Below, one piece after another: positions 54,998 to 64,000 of a stretch of DNA of 64,000 nt. The DNA comes from a virus. The stretch lies in IMG/VR virus record IMGVR_UViG_3300046168_000085, positions 1 through 64,000 of that record. One strand, given 5' to 3'. Position 1 is the stretch's first letter; each line of letters begins with the position of its first letter. Under the pieces are notes generated by a model. That model saw only the letters and a program-made list of their open reading frames with translations, searched no databases and had not been told where the DNA came from. A program made the position numbers and the translations under genes.

Positions 54998-56150
54998 TTG
55001 AAACAGATGCTAATTCTGCGTCTTCAATTTCTGCATTATCCGTGAACTCAACATCTTCATCTACTACACTATTTGCTGATTCATATTCCATTACAATGTT
55101 ATCACAAATATGCTGATATAATTCTTTTTTTAGTTCTATGTCTTTCAACATTTCAGGAAATTCTTTTGCCATAAACTTATAATCTTTTCCTTTGGAGTCT
55201 GTAAATGAATAATAAGCACCACCTTGTTTTAAGATTTTGTGTGTTTTCAATGTTGTTATCCAACTTCCGATATCATCAATACCACGATTAAAATAAATTT
55301 CAAATGATGCTTTTCGTTGTGGAGGACCCATTCTGTTTTTTACAATAGTTGCTTCACATTTTCCACCGATAACTTCTGTGGTTGCACCTTTTTTAATTTG
55401 ACCCATACTTTTCAGACGAATACGAACACTTGCGTGAAACGCAATTGCTTTACCACCACTCGTTGTCCACGGATCACCAAACATAACTCCCATCTTTTGA
55501 CGAAGTTGGTTAGTGAATACCAATGCAATTTTTTGTCTTCCAATTGTTGAAGTCAACTTACGCATTGCCTTACTAATTAAAATTGCTTTAGTAGTTGCAT
55601 ATCCATCTTTCGCATAATCTGCCGCCATTTCAATTTTAGTTGATGCAGCCGATACACTATCTGTTACAATCGTTACAAGTTTATCTTTGTTGCTTTTACG
55701 TACCGTTGCGATGATATTGTCAATGGTTGCAAAAATATCTTCCACCGTATCAACGTGGACATACAATAACTTTTCAGTATCAACACCAATTGCTTTTAGA
55801 TACTCAATGGATACACTTGTCTCGGTATCTATTAATACCGCAACACCTCCCTTCTTTTGAGTTTCCGCAAGAATGTGTCCAGATACTAAACTTTTTCCAC
55901 TTTGTTCAAGTCCAGTTAGTTCTGTGATTCGGCCTGTGGGAATTCCACCATTGGGACGATTTGAGATTGCAAGATCAAGAAGACTACTGCCAGTTGAAAT
56001 CCAATCTGATATTAGCGATGGATCATCACCTTCACTTAAAAAGAAAGCAACTTTGCCTTCATCTTTATATGCAGTATTTAAACTATCTGCAAGTACACTT
56101 GCTAAATCATCGGACTTGCTTGTTGCTTTTACTTCTTTTTTCTTTGCCAT
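54990..56150 (-). CDS. recA: RecA/UvsX-like recombinase
   Basis: STGS..LD, GRITE..GLEQSGKS, IDTE, DSV, NQLR, TTSGGKA..F.ASVR. Confidence 0.93.
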   Translation of the reverse strand: MAKKKEVKATSKSDDLASVLADSLNTAYKDEGKVAFFLSEGDDPSLISDWISTGSSLLDLAISNRPNGGIPTGRITELTGLEQSGKSLVSGHILAETQKKGGVAVLIDTETSVSIEYLKAIGVDTEKLLYVHVDTVEDIFATIDNIIATVRKSNKDKLVTIVTDSVSAASTKIEMAADYAKDGYATTKAILISKAMRKLTSTIGRQKIALVFTNQLRQKMGVMFGDPWTTSGGKAIAFHASVRIRLKSMGQIKKGATTEVIGGKCEATIVKNRMGPPQRKASFEIYFNRGIDDIGSWITTLKTHKILKQGGAYYSFTDSKGKDYKFMAKEFPEMLKDIELKKELYQHICDNIVMEYESANSVVDEDVEFTDNAEIEDAELASVSNE

Positions 56151-56177
56151 ATTTAATAATTTCTATTTTGTGAACTT

Positions 56178-56206
56178 GTGTGGTGAGGGAGTTGCCCTCA
56201 CCACAC
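56178..56206. other. Perfect 12-bp GC-rich stem-loop between the SSB and recA genes
   Basis: GTGTGGTGAGGG-agttg-CCCTCACCACAC. Confidence 0.75.
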
Positions 56207-56226
56207 TTATAGTTCTTTTTACTTCT

Positions 56227-57060
56227 TTAAGACTTAAACAACTCTTCAAAAGCAGCCTCAACATCTTCCGTAGAAGTTGCGTTTGGTTTGCTTTGCTCAG
56301 AAGTTGCACTTGCAACTTTTGGTTGCTTCACTTCTGTTTGTGTTTCTTCAACAACAACCTTTTCATCCGAACCAACCGATTCAGCAGGAGGAGCATCTTC
56401 TTCAGATTCTCCACTCACCCACTTTTCAAGTGCCTCTTTCAAATCATCATAACTGAGTTCTTGATATATCTCAGTGATTTCTGCTTGATTGTTAGCAACT
56501 CCATCCGCAATGTTTTTGTTGTCGGATACAGGTGATGTGTTGGGTTTAACACGAATGTTTGTCTTTGGAAATGAACGACCAGCCTCTTCAGCAGAAAGAA
56601 ATTCGATTGTAATGTCTCTTCCGTTGGTTGGATCGGTAATGTCTCCATAATCGGGGTCTGCGATGACACCTAGTAGTTCTTGGTAAACTTCTTTACCAAA
56701 TCCCCAAAAACGAACTCCTTCTGCTTCTTCACCACGAACGATGACAGGAACAAAAGTTCTCATCTTTGGCATTAAGGAACGTCCCATACGATAATCATCT
56801 TTATCTCCACTGCGAGTCAACTTTTCTGCGAACTCTACGATTGGGTCAGGACGACCAAAAGACTTGGGAGATAGATAAGTCCGATTGTTGATTCCATAGT
56901 GGAAAAACAACTCGATAAACGGATTATCTGGTTGATGCATATAAGGTACGATACGAACCTGTTGTTTACCCGGTTGGGGTTTCCATTGATAATTCTTACG
57001 ATTATTTGTCTGTGACAAATTATTTAACTTTGCTTTAATTTTATCTAGGTCAATTGCCAT
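56227..57060 (-). CDS. gp32-like single-stranded DNA-binding protein
   Basis: MAIDLDKIKAKL, WKP..G...RIVP, DPIVE, WGFGK, YGDITDP..GRD, acidic tail ending FEELF. Confidence 0.85.
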   Translation of the reverse strand: MAIDLDKIKAKLNNLSQTNNRKNYQWKPQPGKQQVRIVPYMHQPDNPFIELFFHYGINNRTYLSPKSFGRPDPIVEFAEKLTRSGDKDDYRMGRSLMPKMRTFVPVIVRGEEAEGVRFWGFGKEVYQELLGVIADPDYGDITDPTNGRDITIEFLSAEEAGRSFPKTNIRVKPNTSPVSDNKNIADGVANNQAEITEIYQELSYDDLKEALEKWVSGESEEDAPPAESVGSDEKVVVEETQTEVKQPKVASATSEQSKPNATSTEDVEAAFEELFKS

Positions 57061-57463
57061 TTTTTATTCCTTAATTTAGTATTTGTTATTATTATTCTTA
57101 ATATAATACAACTTGTTTCGTATTTCGTCAATCAGAATTGTGTACATCAAGAAGTTTTTCCGCCATTTTCAACGAAATTGTAAAAGTCAGAAGCAATTTC
57201 TAATACTTCTTGTGTAGTTGGAAGTGGTGGTATTTCTAAGGGAACTATCTTCAAATCTGGCACGACTTTCCAACTCTTCTTTTTCCATATGCCATGTTTC
57301 CCATACCATCTCTTTTGCGTTTTTTAATACCTCTAATCGAATGCCGTAGGCATTGTATTTTTTATCTTCATTACTCATTTTTTTAATTATTATTTAGTCA
57401 ATTTTAGTTACTATATATAAATATATTTTACTTGAAGTTTAAGCACATTTCAAGGTAAAAAAA

Positions 57464-58223
57464 TTAACTTTTTTTGACTATTCTTTCCTTAGAAATTCGC
57501 ACGGCATCAGCATTAATATCACATCCTATAAAGTTGCGATTCAACGACTTGGCAACTGCAAATGTAGTTCCACTACCGCAATAAAAATCTGCAACTACAT
57601 CATTTTCATTGCTACTTGCTTTGATGATTCTTTCTAAAATCTTAGGATGTTTCTCACTATAATAGTCAGTTGCTTTTTTAACTTTTAATCCTGACGGAAT
57701 ATCATCCCAAACATTTGTAGGTATCGTTCCGATTTTTAATTTCTCTTCGGTTATGTTTGGTCTATCTTGTTTTTTGCTGATAACTGACTTGTATGGAACT
57801 CTTATATCAAGGTCATTAAAAATAAATTCATCCGACTTTGTATACACTATAATGTAATCGTGTTTTTTTGCAAACTCTCGTTTACCCCTTCCACCGATAT
57901 TAAATTTTACTACAATCTGATTTCTGAAATTTTCGTATCCAAACACATTATCCATTAAAACTCGTATCCAATGAACTATACGTAAATCCATTTGCAAATA
58001 AATCGTTCCATTAGATTTTAATACTCGTTTCATTTCATGTAAACGAGGAACATAGTGGGATAGAATCGTGTTGTGGTCAGTTTCTAAATCCTGATAATCT
58101 TTAAACTTTTTACCCGTTCCCGTACAAAACATCACAATAAATTAAATTTATAGACTCGGTATCTATTCTACCAAGTAACTCTAAATTGTCCAAGTGATAT
58201 ATTTGATTTGTGTTTGGATTCAC
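57464..58223 (-). CDS. DNA methyltransferase, beta class (frameshift near 58120; GTG start at 58223)
   Basis: DNLELL...LIYCDVLYG(T)G, VADFYCGSGTT, FIGCDIN. Confidence 0.8.
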
Positions 58224-59793
58224 CTATCAAATTTTATTACCTCGTATCGTTTCATTTCTCCGTTGTTGTAACGATACCTAACCTCTACTTCAACGATTTC
58301 TTTTCTGTCACCATATCCTTCACTCTCTACATCGTAAGTTAGTATATTGATAGGTTTTTTCATAATCTCATGCAGATATGCCATTGTACCCTGAAGCATA
58401 TTTTATGTCAAGTGGTCGGCCATCAAAATCATGTCTAAGAAGAATTTCAGTATTTTTATACTTCATATTTTCCATATAATAAACAGGTCTACCCATATTG
58501 ACGTGTCGTTCAACTAACTTTTCTTTTATTTTTTTGTGGTCTTTACTAACAACTACATATTTGTTGGTTGATTTATCAAGTGCATATTCAAAGTATTCAT
58601 ACTTTTCACAAAAGTCACGTGTAAAAAATTCATTAAGAAATGTTACATCATTGTACAATTCACGAACTTCAAAAAGTTTTTCACGACCAAGACCGAGATG
58701 TTTATTCCAATATCTTTTTTCGTCTCCGTTGTCGCAATTTTCATATTCTTTCCCAAACTTTCCTTTATCCCATCTATCTTCAATGTCACGCAATAAAGTG
58801 TTTCCTAGTTTATATGGATTGTTCATATTGTATTTTCCACCAAGAACTCCTGCGTGGTGTTTTGCATAATCAAAAATTCCTTCGTCTCCTGCAAAGTTAC
58901 AACTTGCCATAATAAATGAATCCCAATAACTTGCCCAACCTTCGTTGAGAACTTTCGTCATTCCCTGTGGACGATAGTAAATAGATTCATCACGAATCAT
59001 ACTAAGAATATTTTGTTGCCAAGGTTCTAAACGACAATGATTAATAATCATTAGCATAATATCACGTTCAGGTCGTAAAGGGAATTTGTTTTCTGCTAAC
59101 TTTGTACGTTCTTCTCTGTCTCGTCTTTGCTTTTCAATATAATGAGGAGGATTAACATATTTGTCCATGTACTCTTTAGTATCTAAACGAGAAACGTGTT
59201 CACGTGGTTGACGGTCTTCAAAGTTGAATTTAGTTGCTTTCTTTAAATTACTTTCACGATAACAAAGTGATGGATCAATTAAATCATCAATTGCAAGAGC
59301 CCGCATTCAAAAAGTCTTTAACTTTTTTGCGGCCGAAACGATCCATATACATACGAATTTTATCACTATGATTTGCCATCACATTCATCATATTACGATT
59401 CGTGTGTTTGAACATAATATTATTCTTGAAGAAATCACTATGTGCAGTTGCGTGTGCAACAACAGTTAGATTATCAACGATAGGATTGTTTCGTTGAAGG
59501 TACATATAAGTTGGATCGGTATTTACAACCATCTCATAAATCTTACCCATACCAGAATGATACTGATGATGCAAGTTGCTCAAATTGTTGTCCGAAATTA
59601 AATGTGGATAACGAACAGGAAATCCACCATACGCCGCAATCTCAACTATTTCGTCAGCATCAAATTCTTCAATGCACAACGGATATGGATCAAGTCCATT
59701 ATCATAACACGCCTTTAGGCATTCAGGTATAAGAGCAGCCAATTCTGGACACACTCCTTCGTTTAAACTATCTACTTCCCATGCAATTCCCAT
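58220..59793 (-). CDS. spoVR: SpoVR/YcgB family protein (frameshifted)
   Basis: GFPVRYPH, KIYEMVVN, AHATAHSDFFKNN, TKVLNEGWASYW, NPYKLG. Confidence 0.92.
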
Positions 59794-59797
59794 AATA

Positions 59798-60953
59798 TTA
59801 AAAAGGTACTTCTTCTTCAGCAGGTGTTAACAACTTCTGAAGTGTTCTGAATACGTCGGAGTTGCTATCCAACGACGCGGTTACTATTGTTTTTGGATCA
59901 AGTTCACCACTTGATAATTGTGATTCAATGTGTGGAAGAAATGTTGCCCAACTTCTTACTGCTTTAACTTCTGTTATTCCTATTAAGATTTGCATATGTT
60001 TGCATTTTTGTTAAATAATCAACACACAAATCATTATCAGAACCAAAGTTTTCTCCATCACTTAAATAAAATACATAAATGTTCCATTCGTTCAATGGAA
60101 ATGCTTTTTCTACAATATCGTTGACTAAATGAAATGCACTACTAATTTGTGTTCCACCTCCACTTTTGTATTTGTAAAACTTTTCTTGATCAACTTCTTG
60201 AGCATGATGATCGTGTACAATATATTTTACTTGAGTTTCTTGATAAAATCGTTGAACCCAGTTATCAAGATACCAACATAGTTCACGAATCAATGCACGT
60301 TTTGGTTCGTCCATACTTGCAGAGATGTCTGATACAAAAAATATGGCTGCATTCGTATCAGGTACTTCAACTGAACTCCAACTTCTAAATTCTTTATCAT
60401 CTTTAATTGGATAAAAGTTGGATAAATCTTCTGGATTGTAATCTTCCGATGAAATTAATCGTTTGAAAGCATTTTTGAGTGTTTTTCTTTTATGCAATAA
60501 ACTATTATTACCAACCTTAGCAATCCGATTCCATTTGATTTTTTCTTTTACCATTTCTCCATTGTCTTTTGGTTTTAGATTTGGTAATTGAAGTTCTTCT
60601 CCGATCATATCAAAATAGGCATCCATACTGATTCCGACATCTATTTCATGCCCATCACCTTCTCCTTCACCACCTTCACCTGGCTGAGATCCTTGTCCTC
60701 CTTGTTGTTGAGGTCCTTCTCCTACCTCATCACCTACATCTGCTTCACCGTTACCAATCCCACTCCCATCAGAAGGCTGTCCATATCGGAAACTTGGTAA
60801 CTCTACATGAGGAACTTTTACTACAACAAAGTCCTTTCCTCTTCTGGAAATTCTTTGTCCACTCTTAATGTGCTTTTTAAGTTTATCGTCAACATTTCCT
60901 TTAACGATATCCCTATATTCACCGTGGTCTTCTCTGATTCTACGAGATGGCAT
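59798..60953 (-). CDS. yeaH: YeaH/YhbH (DUF444) vWA-like protein (frameshift near the C-terminus)
   Basis: Gly-rich linker, LQLPNL.PK, DISASM, SGGGT.ISSA, LSDGEN. Confidence 0.9.
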
Positions 60954-60973
60954 AATGATGTATCCCTTGACTA

Positions 60974-63079
60974 TTAATCTTCGTCTTCGTCTGCATCACC
61001 CTCTGCAAAAATACTTCCAACATATGTAAGAACATCTGAAGCACTATCTTCATCATATCCAAACGAAGTAATAAGACGTTGCTTCAATGCATCAATCTTT
61101 TCAAGAAGTTCCTTGTCAACAACAGTTGCAGTATCTTGTGCAAGAGCAGATAACTTGATGCTATCTTTAGTATCTTCAAACAACTTCTTTTCAAGTGCTT
61201 TGTAAAGTTGCTCGTTTGAGTCATACTTAAACTCTTTACCCTTAGCGGCAAGTCCACCCATATAGTTCATAATTTCTCTACGGAAATCGTCTTTCATACC
61301 ATTGGAAATGCCAATCTTTTCTTCAATACTACGCATAAGTTGTTCATTGGCAACTTCTTCTTTACCTGTAACTTGATTTGTAACTTTTTCGTCTTGAATA
61401 TAAGCAACAATGTTATCAATGTAGTTGGTGCAAGTTGCTTTTATTGCTTCTTCACTGCTACTAAGTGCTTGTTGAACTTCTCGTTTCACGATTCTGTCAT
61501 ATTCCTTTTCTACGAGTTCAAGTCGTTCCATCAAATTCTTTTTGTCATCTTCACTATTGAATCCACTATAACTTTTAAGTCCTTCACGAATTTGTGCAAA
61601 CAACATAAATGGATTCAAACTTTTTGCACCCATTCTTGGATTTACAATTGCGTTGGAAAATTGATTCTGAATAAATCTTGCGGATACTCCACCATATAAT
61701 CCTTCTTTTGGTGATTCATCTTGCATTTCTTTCACGTGTTCATCTGTGAATCCGTGTACACTTTGACCATTGTAAAGTTTTGCTTTTTGAATGATGCTCA
61801 TATCTTGCTTGGAACTTTCTTCTAAACGACTTACAACTGCGAATAACGCAGCCAGATAAGTTGTATGAGGAGCAATATGCTTATTAACAGTTGTACCATT
61901 ATAGAAGTGATCATAAATCTTTTTCTCTTCATCAATTTTCAAAAGATAAGGAATATCAATCTTGATGGTTCTATCACGAAGTGCTTCCATAAATTTATTG
62001 TTAGTTAACTTTTCAAACTCAGCATTATTGGTATGCCCAAGAATAACTTCATCAATTGGTACCTGATTAAAACGACGTGGTTTGACACGATGCTCTTGGG
62101 TTGCACCAAGTAAATCGTACAAAAATTCAGTTTGTAACTTAAGAATCTCTTGAAATTCAATCAAACCACGATTAGATACTAGGAATTCTCCGTCAAAATC
62201 AAATGCACGGGGGTCACTTTCACTACCATATTCTGCTAACTTACGATAATTAATATCACCAGTAAGTTCGGTTGCATCTTGTGATTTCTCATCCTTTGGT
62301 TGGAATGTTCCGATACCTACACGATTCTTTTCCGACAAAACAACTCTTCTAACAACAATGTGATCAAGAACCTTGCGGTAATCCCCCCCATGCATTTCCA
62401 TTAATTGGTTGTAATAAAATTCATTAACAGGATTTAATGCTCCATCTAATTTTAATTTATATGCATCCTCAGATAAATTTTTATTCAAATTAGATATAAT
62501 TTTATTACGAACTTTTCTTGGTAAAAGTTTTAATGGCTCTTCATTCATCGGACAATTGACAAGAACATCGTTACCATCTTTATCAGAAACCCTCCAACTA
62601 AAGGAATATAAAGCACCTTCATCGGTTTTTGTATATTCTTCTAATCCTTTTTTCAATGCTGTAACGATTGTAGACTTGCTACTACCAACGGGTCCGTGAA
62701 GAAGAATAACACGTCTTTCTGGACCATAGTGACGACTTGCACTTTTAAGAATATCCATGAACTCCATTAAACTCTCTTCTAAACCATAAATTGAAATATC
62801 TCCAAGGCCTTCAAAAAATTTATATTTTACATACTTTCTCTTGCAATATGTGAACTCGTCAGTTCCATGAGAAATTACCATATCATATAATCGTTGATAT
62901 GAATTTCGTGCAATTGTGGGACTCTCTTCCACCAATTTAATATAATCCCAAAAGGTTCCTGTCCAATTTAAAGATTTGTATGTTTCAATTGCATCATCAT
63001 TGTCACATCTTATCAATGATTCAAGTGCAGAATTTTCCGTGTTAGTTTCTTTTTGTCGTTTTTTATTTTCCATAACCAT
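60974..63079 (-). CDS. prkA: PrkA/YeaG family AAA+ serine protein kinase (likely start at second Met, 63073)
   Basis: LHGPVGSSKS, IGTFQPKDEK.QD..EL.G, DPRAF.FDGE, NRG..EF, EALRDR. Confidence 0.93.
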   Translation of the reverse strand: MVMENKKRQKETNTENSALESLIRCDNDDAIETYKSLNWTGTFWDYIKLVEESPTIARNSYQRLYDMVISHGTDEFTYCKRKYVKYKFFEGLGDISIYGLEESLMEFMDILKSASRHYGPERRVILLHGPVGSSKSTIVTALKKGLEEYTKTDEGALYSFSWRVSDKDGNDVLVNCPMNEEPLKLLPRKVRNKIISNLNKNLSEDAYKLKLDGALNPVNEFYYNQLMEMHGGDYRKVLDHIVVRRVVLSEKNRVGIGTFQPKDEKSQDATELTGDINYRKLAEYGSESDPRAFDFDGEFLVSNRGLIEFQEILKLQTEFLYDLLGATQEHRVKPRRFNQVPIDEVILGHTNNAEFEKLTNNKFMEALRDRTIKIDIPYLLKIDEEKKIYDHFYNGTTVNKHIAPHTTYLAALFAVVSRLEESSKQDMSIIQKAKLYNGQSVHGFTDEHVKEMQDESPKEGLYGGVSARFIQNQFSNAIVNPRMGAKSLNPFMLFAQIREGLKSYSGFNSEDDKKNLMERLELVEKEYDRIVKREVQQALSSSEEAIKATCTNYIDNIVAYIQDEKVTNQVTGKEEVANEQLMRSIEEKIGISNGMKDDFRREIMNYMGGLAAKGKEFKYDSNEQLYKALEKKLFEDTKDSIKLSALAQDTATVVDKELLEKIDALKQRLITSFGYDEDSASDVLTYVGSIFAEGDADEDED

Positions 63080-63117
63080 TACCTTATATTTTTTTTGTTA
63101 GTGAGTCAAATATTAAA

Positions 63118-63528
63118 TCAAATTTTAACAATTTTAAAAAGTTTTGTATAAACAAACTTACATGATTCGTCTGAGTTTGTCAATAAAATGCAATTCTTAT
63201 AATCACTCCAATTTACTTTATAGAATGGATTATCTATTCCATTATTTAAAGTTCTAATTAATGAATTTAATGAATTTATAGTATACAATGTATTACTGTC
63301 TTTTTTTCTGTGAACGCTAATTGTATCCATATAAAAATTATTTATATTTATATTACTTTTATTTACATTGTATGTCAACATCAATGAATCTAGATTATCC
63401 ATGTCGTGTAATACATATACTTTTCCAAACACTACTTCATAATGTGTCTGAATATTCTTGATATCAAGATCATACCTTTTAATATTTGAAAAGGTGCATA
63501 ATAATTGAGCATTAATTTTTGTAACCAT
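63118..63528 (-). CDS. Conserved phage hypothetical protein
   Basis: LLCTF...HRKK.SNTLYTINSLN; adjacent to the polymerase. Confidence 0.5.
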   Translation of the reverse strand: MVTKINAQLLCTFSNIKRYDLDIKNIQTHYEVVFGKVYVLHDMDNLDSLMLTYNVNKSNININNFYMDTISVHRKKDSNTLYTINSLNSLIRTLNNGIDNPFYKVNWSDYKNCILLTNSDESCKFVYTKLFKIVKI

Positions 63529-63559
63529 TTATATTACAGATAAATATGCAAAAAAAAAC

Positions 63560-64000
63560 TCAAACATTAAATTCTACCATGTCACCATAATTTGCTCCTA
63601 CATAAGTTTTTACTGGAAACTTATCATCAGGATTCATAATTTTAACTAAATCTTTTAGTAAAAGAAACTCTTCTTTAGGTAAATCAAATAAAAAAGCATC
63701 GTAAGTATATAATATACATTTTGTTTTTTTATTATCTAAGAAATTATTAAGACTCATTAAAATTTTACAATTTCGTTCTGTCTCAGCAGCCTGTAATAGA
63801 TAATTAAATACCACATATGGTTTTTCTTTTTCACGAAATAAGCATGAGTTAAGTCTTCGTTTATAGTACCAAGTCTCGACATATTTATTTTTATTATATT
63901 TAGACCATGTAGTTTCCACAAAATCCGATACTTCCTTCATAAAAGGAACATTATTTTTTATGTCATCATCAATTCCACCGTATATTAAATTGAATGTAAT
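63560..64000 (-). CDS. Family A DNA polymerase-like protein, C-terminal part (runs off the window)
   Basis: FNYLLQAAETE and LYTYDAFLFD resemble PolA motifs (N..IQ, motif C). Confidence 0.7.
   Translation of the reverse strand: MTFNLIYGGIDDDIKNNVPFMKEVSDFVETTWSKYNKNKYVETWYYKRRLNSCLFREKEKPYVVFNYLLQAAETERNCKILMSLNNFLDNKKTKCILYTYDAFLFDLPKEEFLLLKDLVKIMNPDDKFPVKTYVGANYGDMVEFNV

Noticed and set aside
49857-56150. Inteins or introns in nrdA, helicase or recA
   Set aside because: Reconstructed lengths are ordinary, and I saw no intein splice motifs or homing-endonuclease inserts.
15143-60953. Many split genes (helicases, AAA+, astB, astD, DUF1338, nusG, Ldh_2, protease, nrdA, spoVR, yeaH) as programmed frameshifts or mass pseudogenisation
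   Set aside because: The breaks are single-base indels, several in short homopolymers, and they hit essential genes (nrdA, replicative helicase). Compensated double shifts occur in the thiolase (about 43800-43870) and spoVR (about 59570-59600). This pattern fits long-read or assembly error; raw reads would settle it.
38202-61699. Long plus-strand ORFs (e.g. 38202-38735, 40316-40759, 42211-42744, 55873-56535, 61340-61699)
   Set aside because: They are antisense shadows of well-supported minus-strand genes with no recognisable motifs.
1-64000. Stop-codon reassignment (alternative genetic code), as in some large phages
   Set aside because: Long genes read through in the standard code, and the interruptions change frame rather than being in-frame TAG/TGA. 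The tRNA has anticodon UGA (Ser) and is not a suppressor.
1-64000. Bacterial chromosome or eukaryotic giant virus origin
   Set aside because: The housekeeping genes are isolated from their usual operons and mixed with a gp32-like SSB, a phage-type helicase, orphan ORFs and near single-strand coding. The bacterial-type promoters, IF3 and bS21 argue against NCLDV. No capsid or terminase gene is in the window, so the phage call remains an inference.

Overview
This AT-rich window is almost entirely minus-strand coded and is best read as part of a large (jumbo-type) tailed-phage genome. It has a phage replication block (gp32-like SSB, RecA/UvsX, 5'-3' exonuclease, DnaB/gp41 helicase, family A polymerase C-terminus, RNR, dCMP deaminase, RNase H), four DNA methyltransferases, many short orphan ORFs and a tRNA-Ser. 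It also carries an unusually large set of host-type genes: a five-enzyme arginine succinyltransferase (AST) pathway with DUF1338, a thiolase/FadJ/acyl-CoA dehydrogenase beta-oxidation operon coupled to L-serine dehydratase, an Ldh_2 oxidoreductase, a PrkA-YeaH-SpoVR operon, an outer-membrane beta-barrel, and IF3, bS21, peptide deformylase and NusG. Read directly from the DNA: (i) two related CAGCAA stem-loops upstream of a DUF2828/TROVE-like vWA gene; (ii) two promoter classes at fixed spacing to ATG, implying leaderless mRNAs; (iii) an RNR small subunit lacking the radical tyrosine (class Ic-like); (iv) a tandemly duplicated two-gene cassette; (v) an uncalled 24-aa membrane peptide. Many conserved genes are broken by single-base indels, most likely sequencing or assembly errors. 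All family calls come from motif recognition by eye, not database searches. A Verrucomicrobia/PVC host is only an inference.
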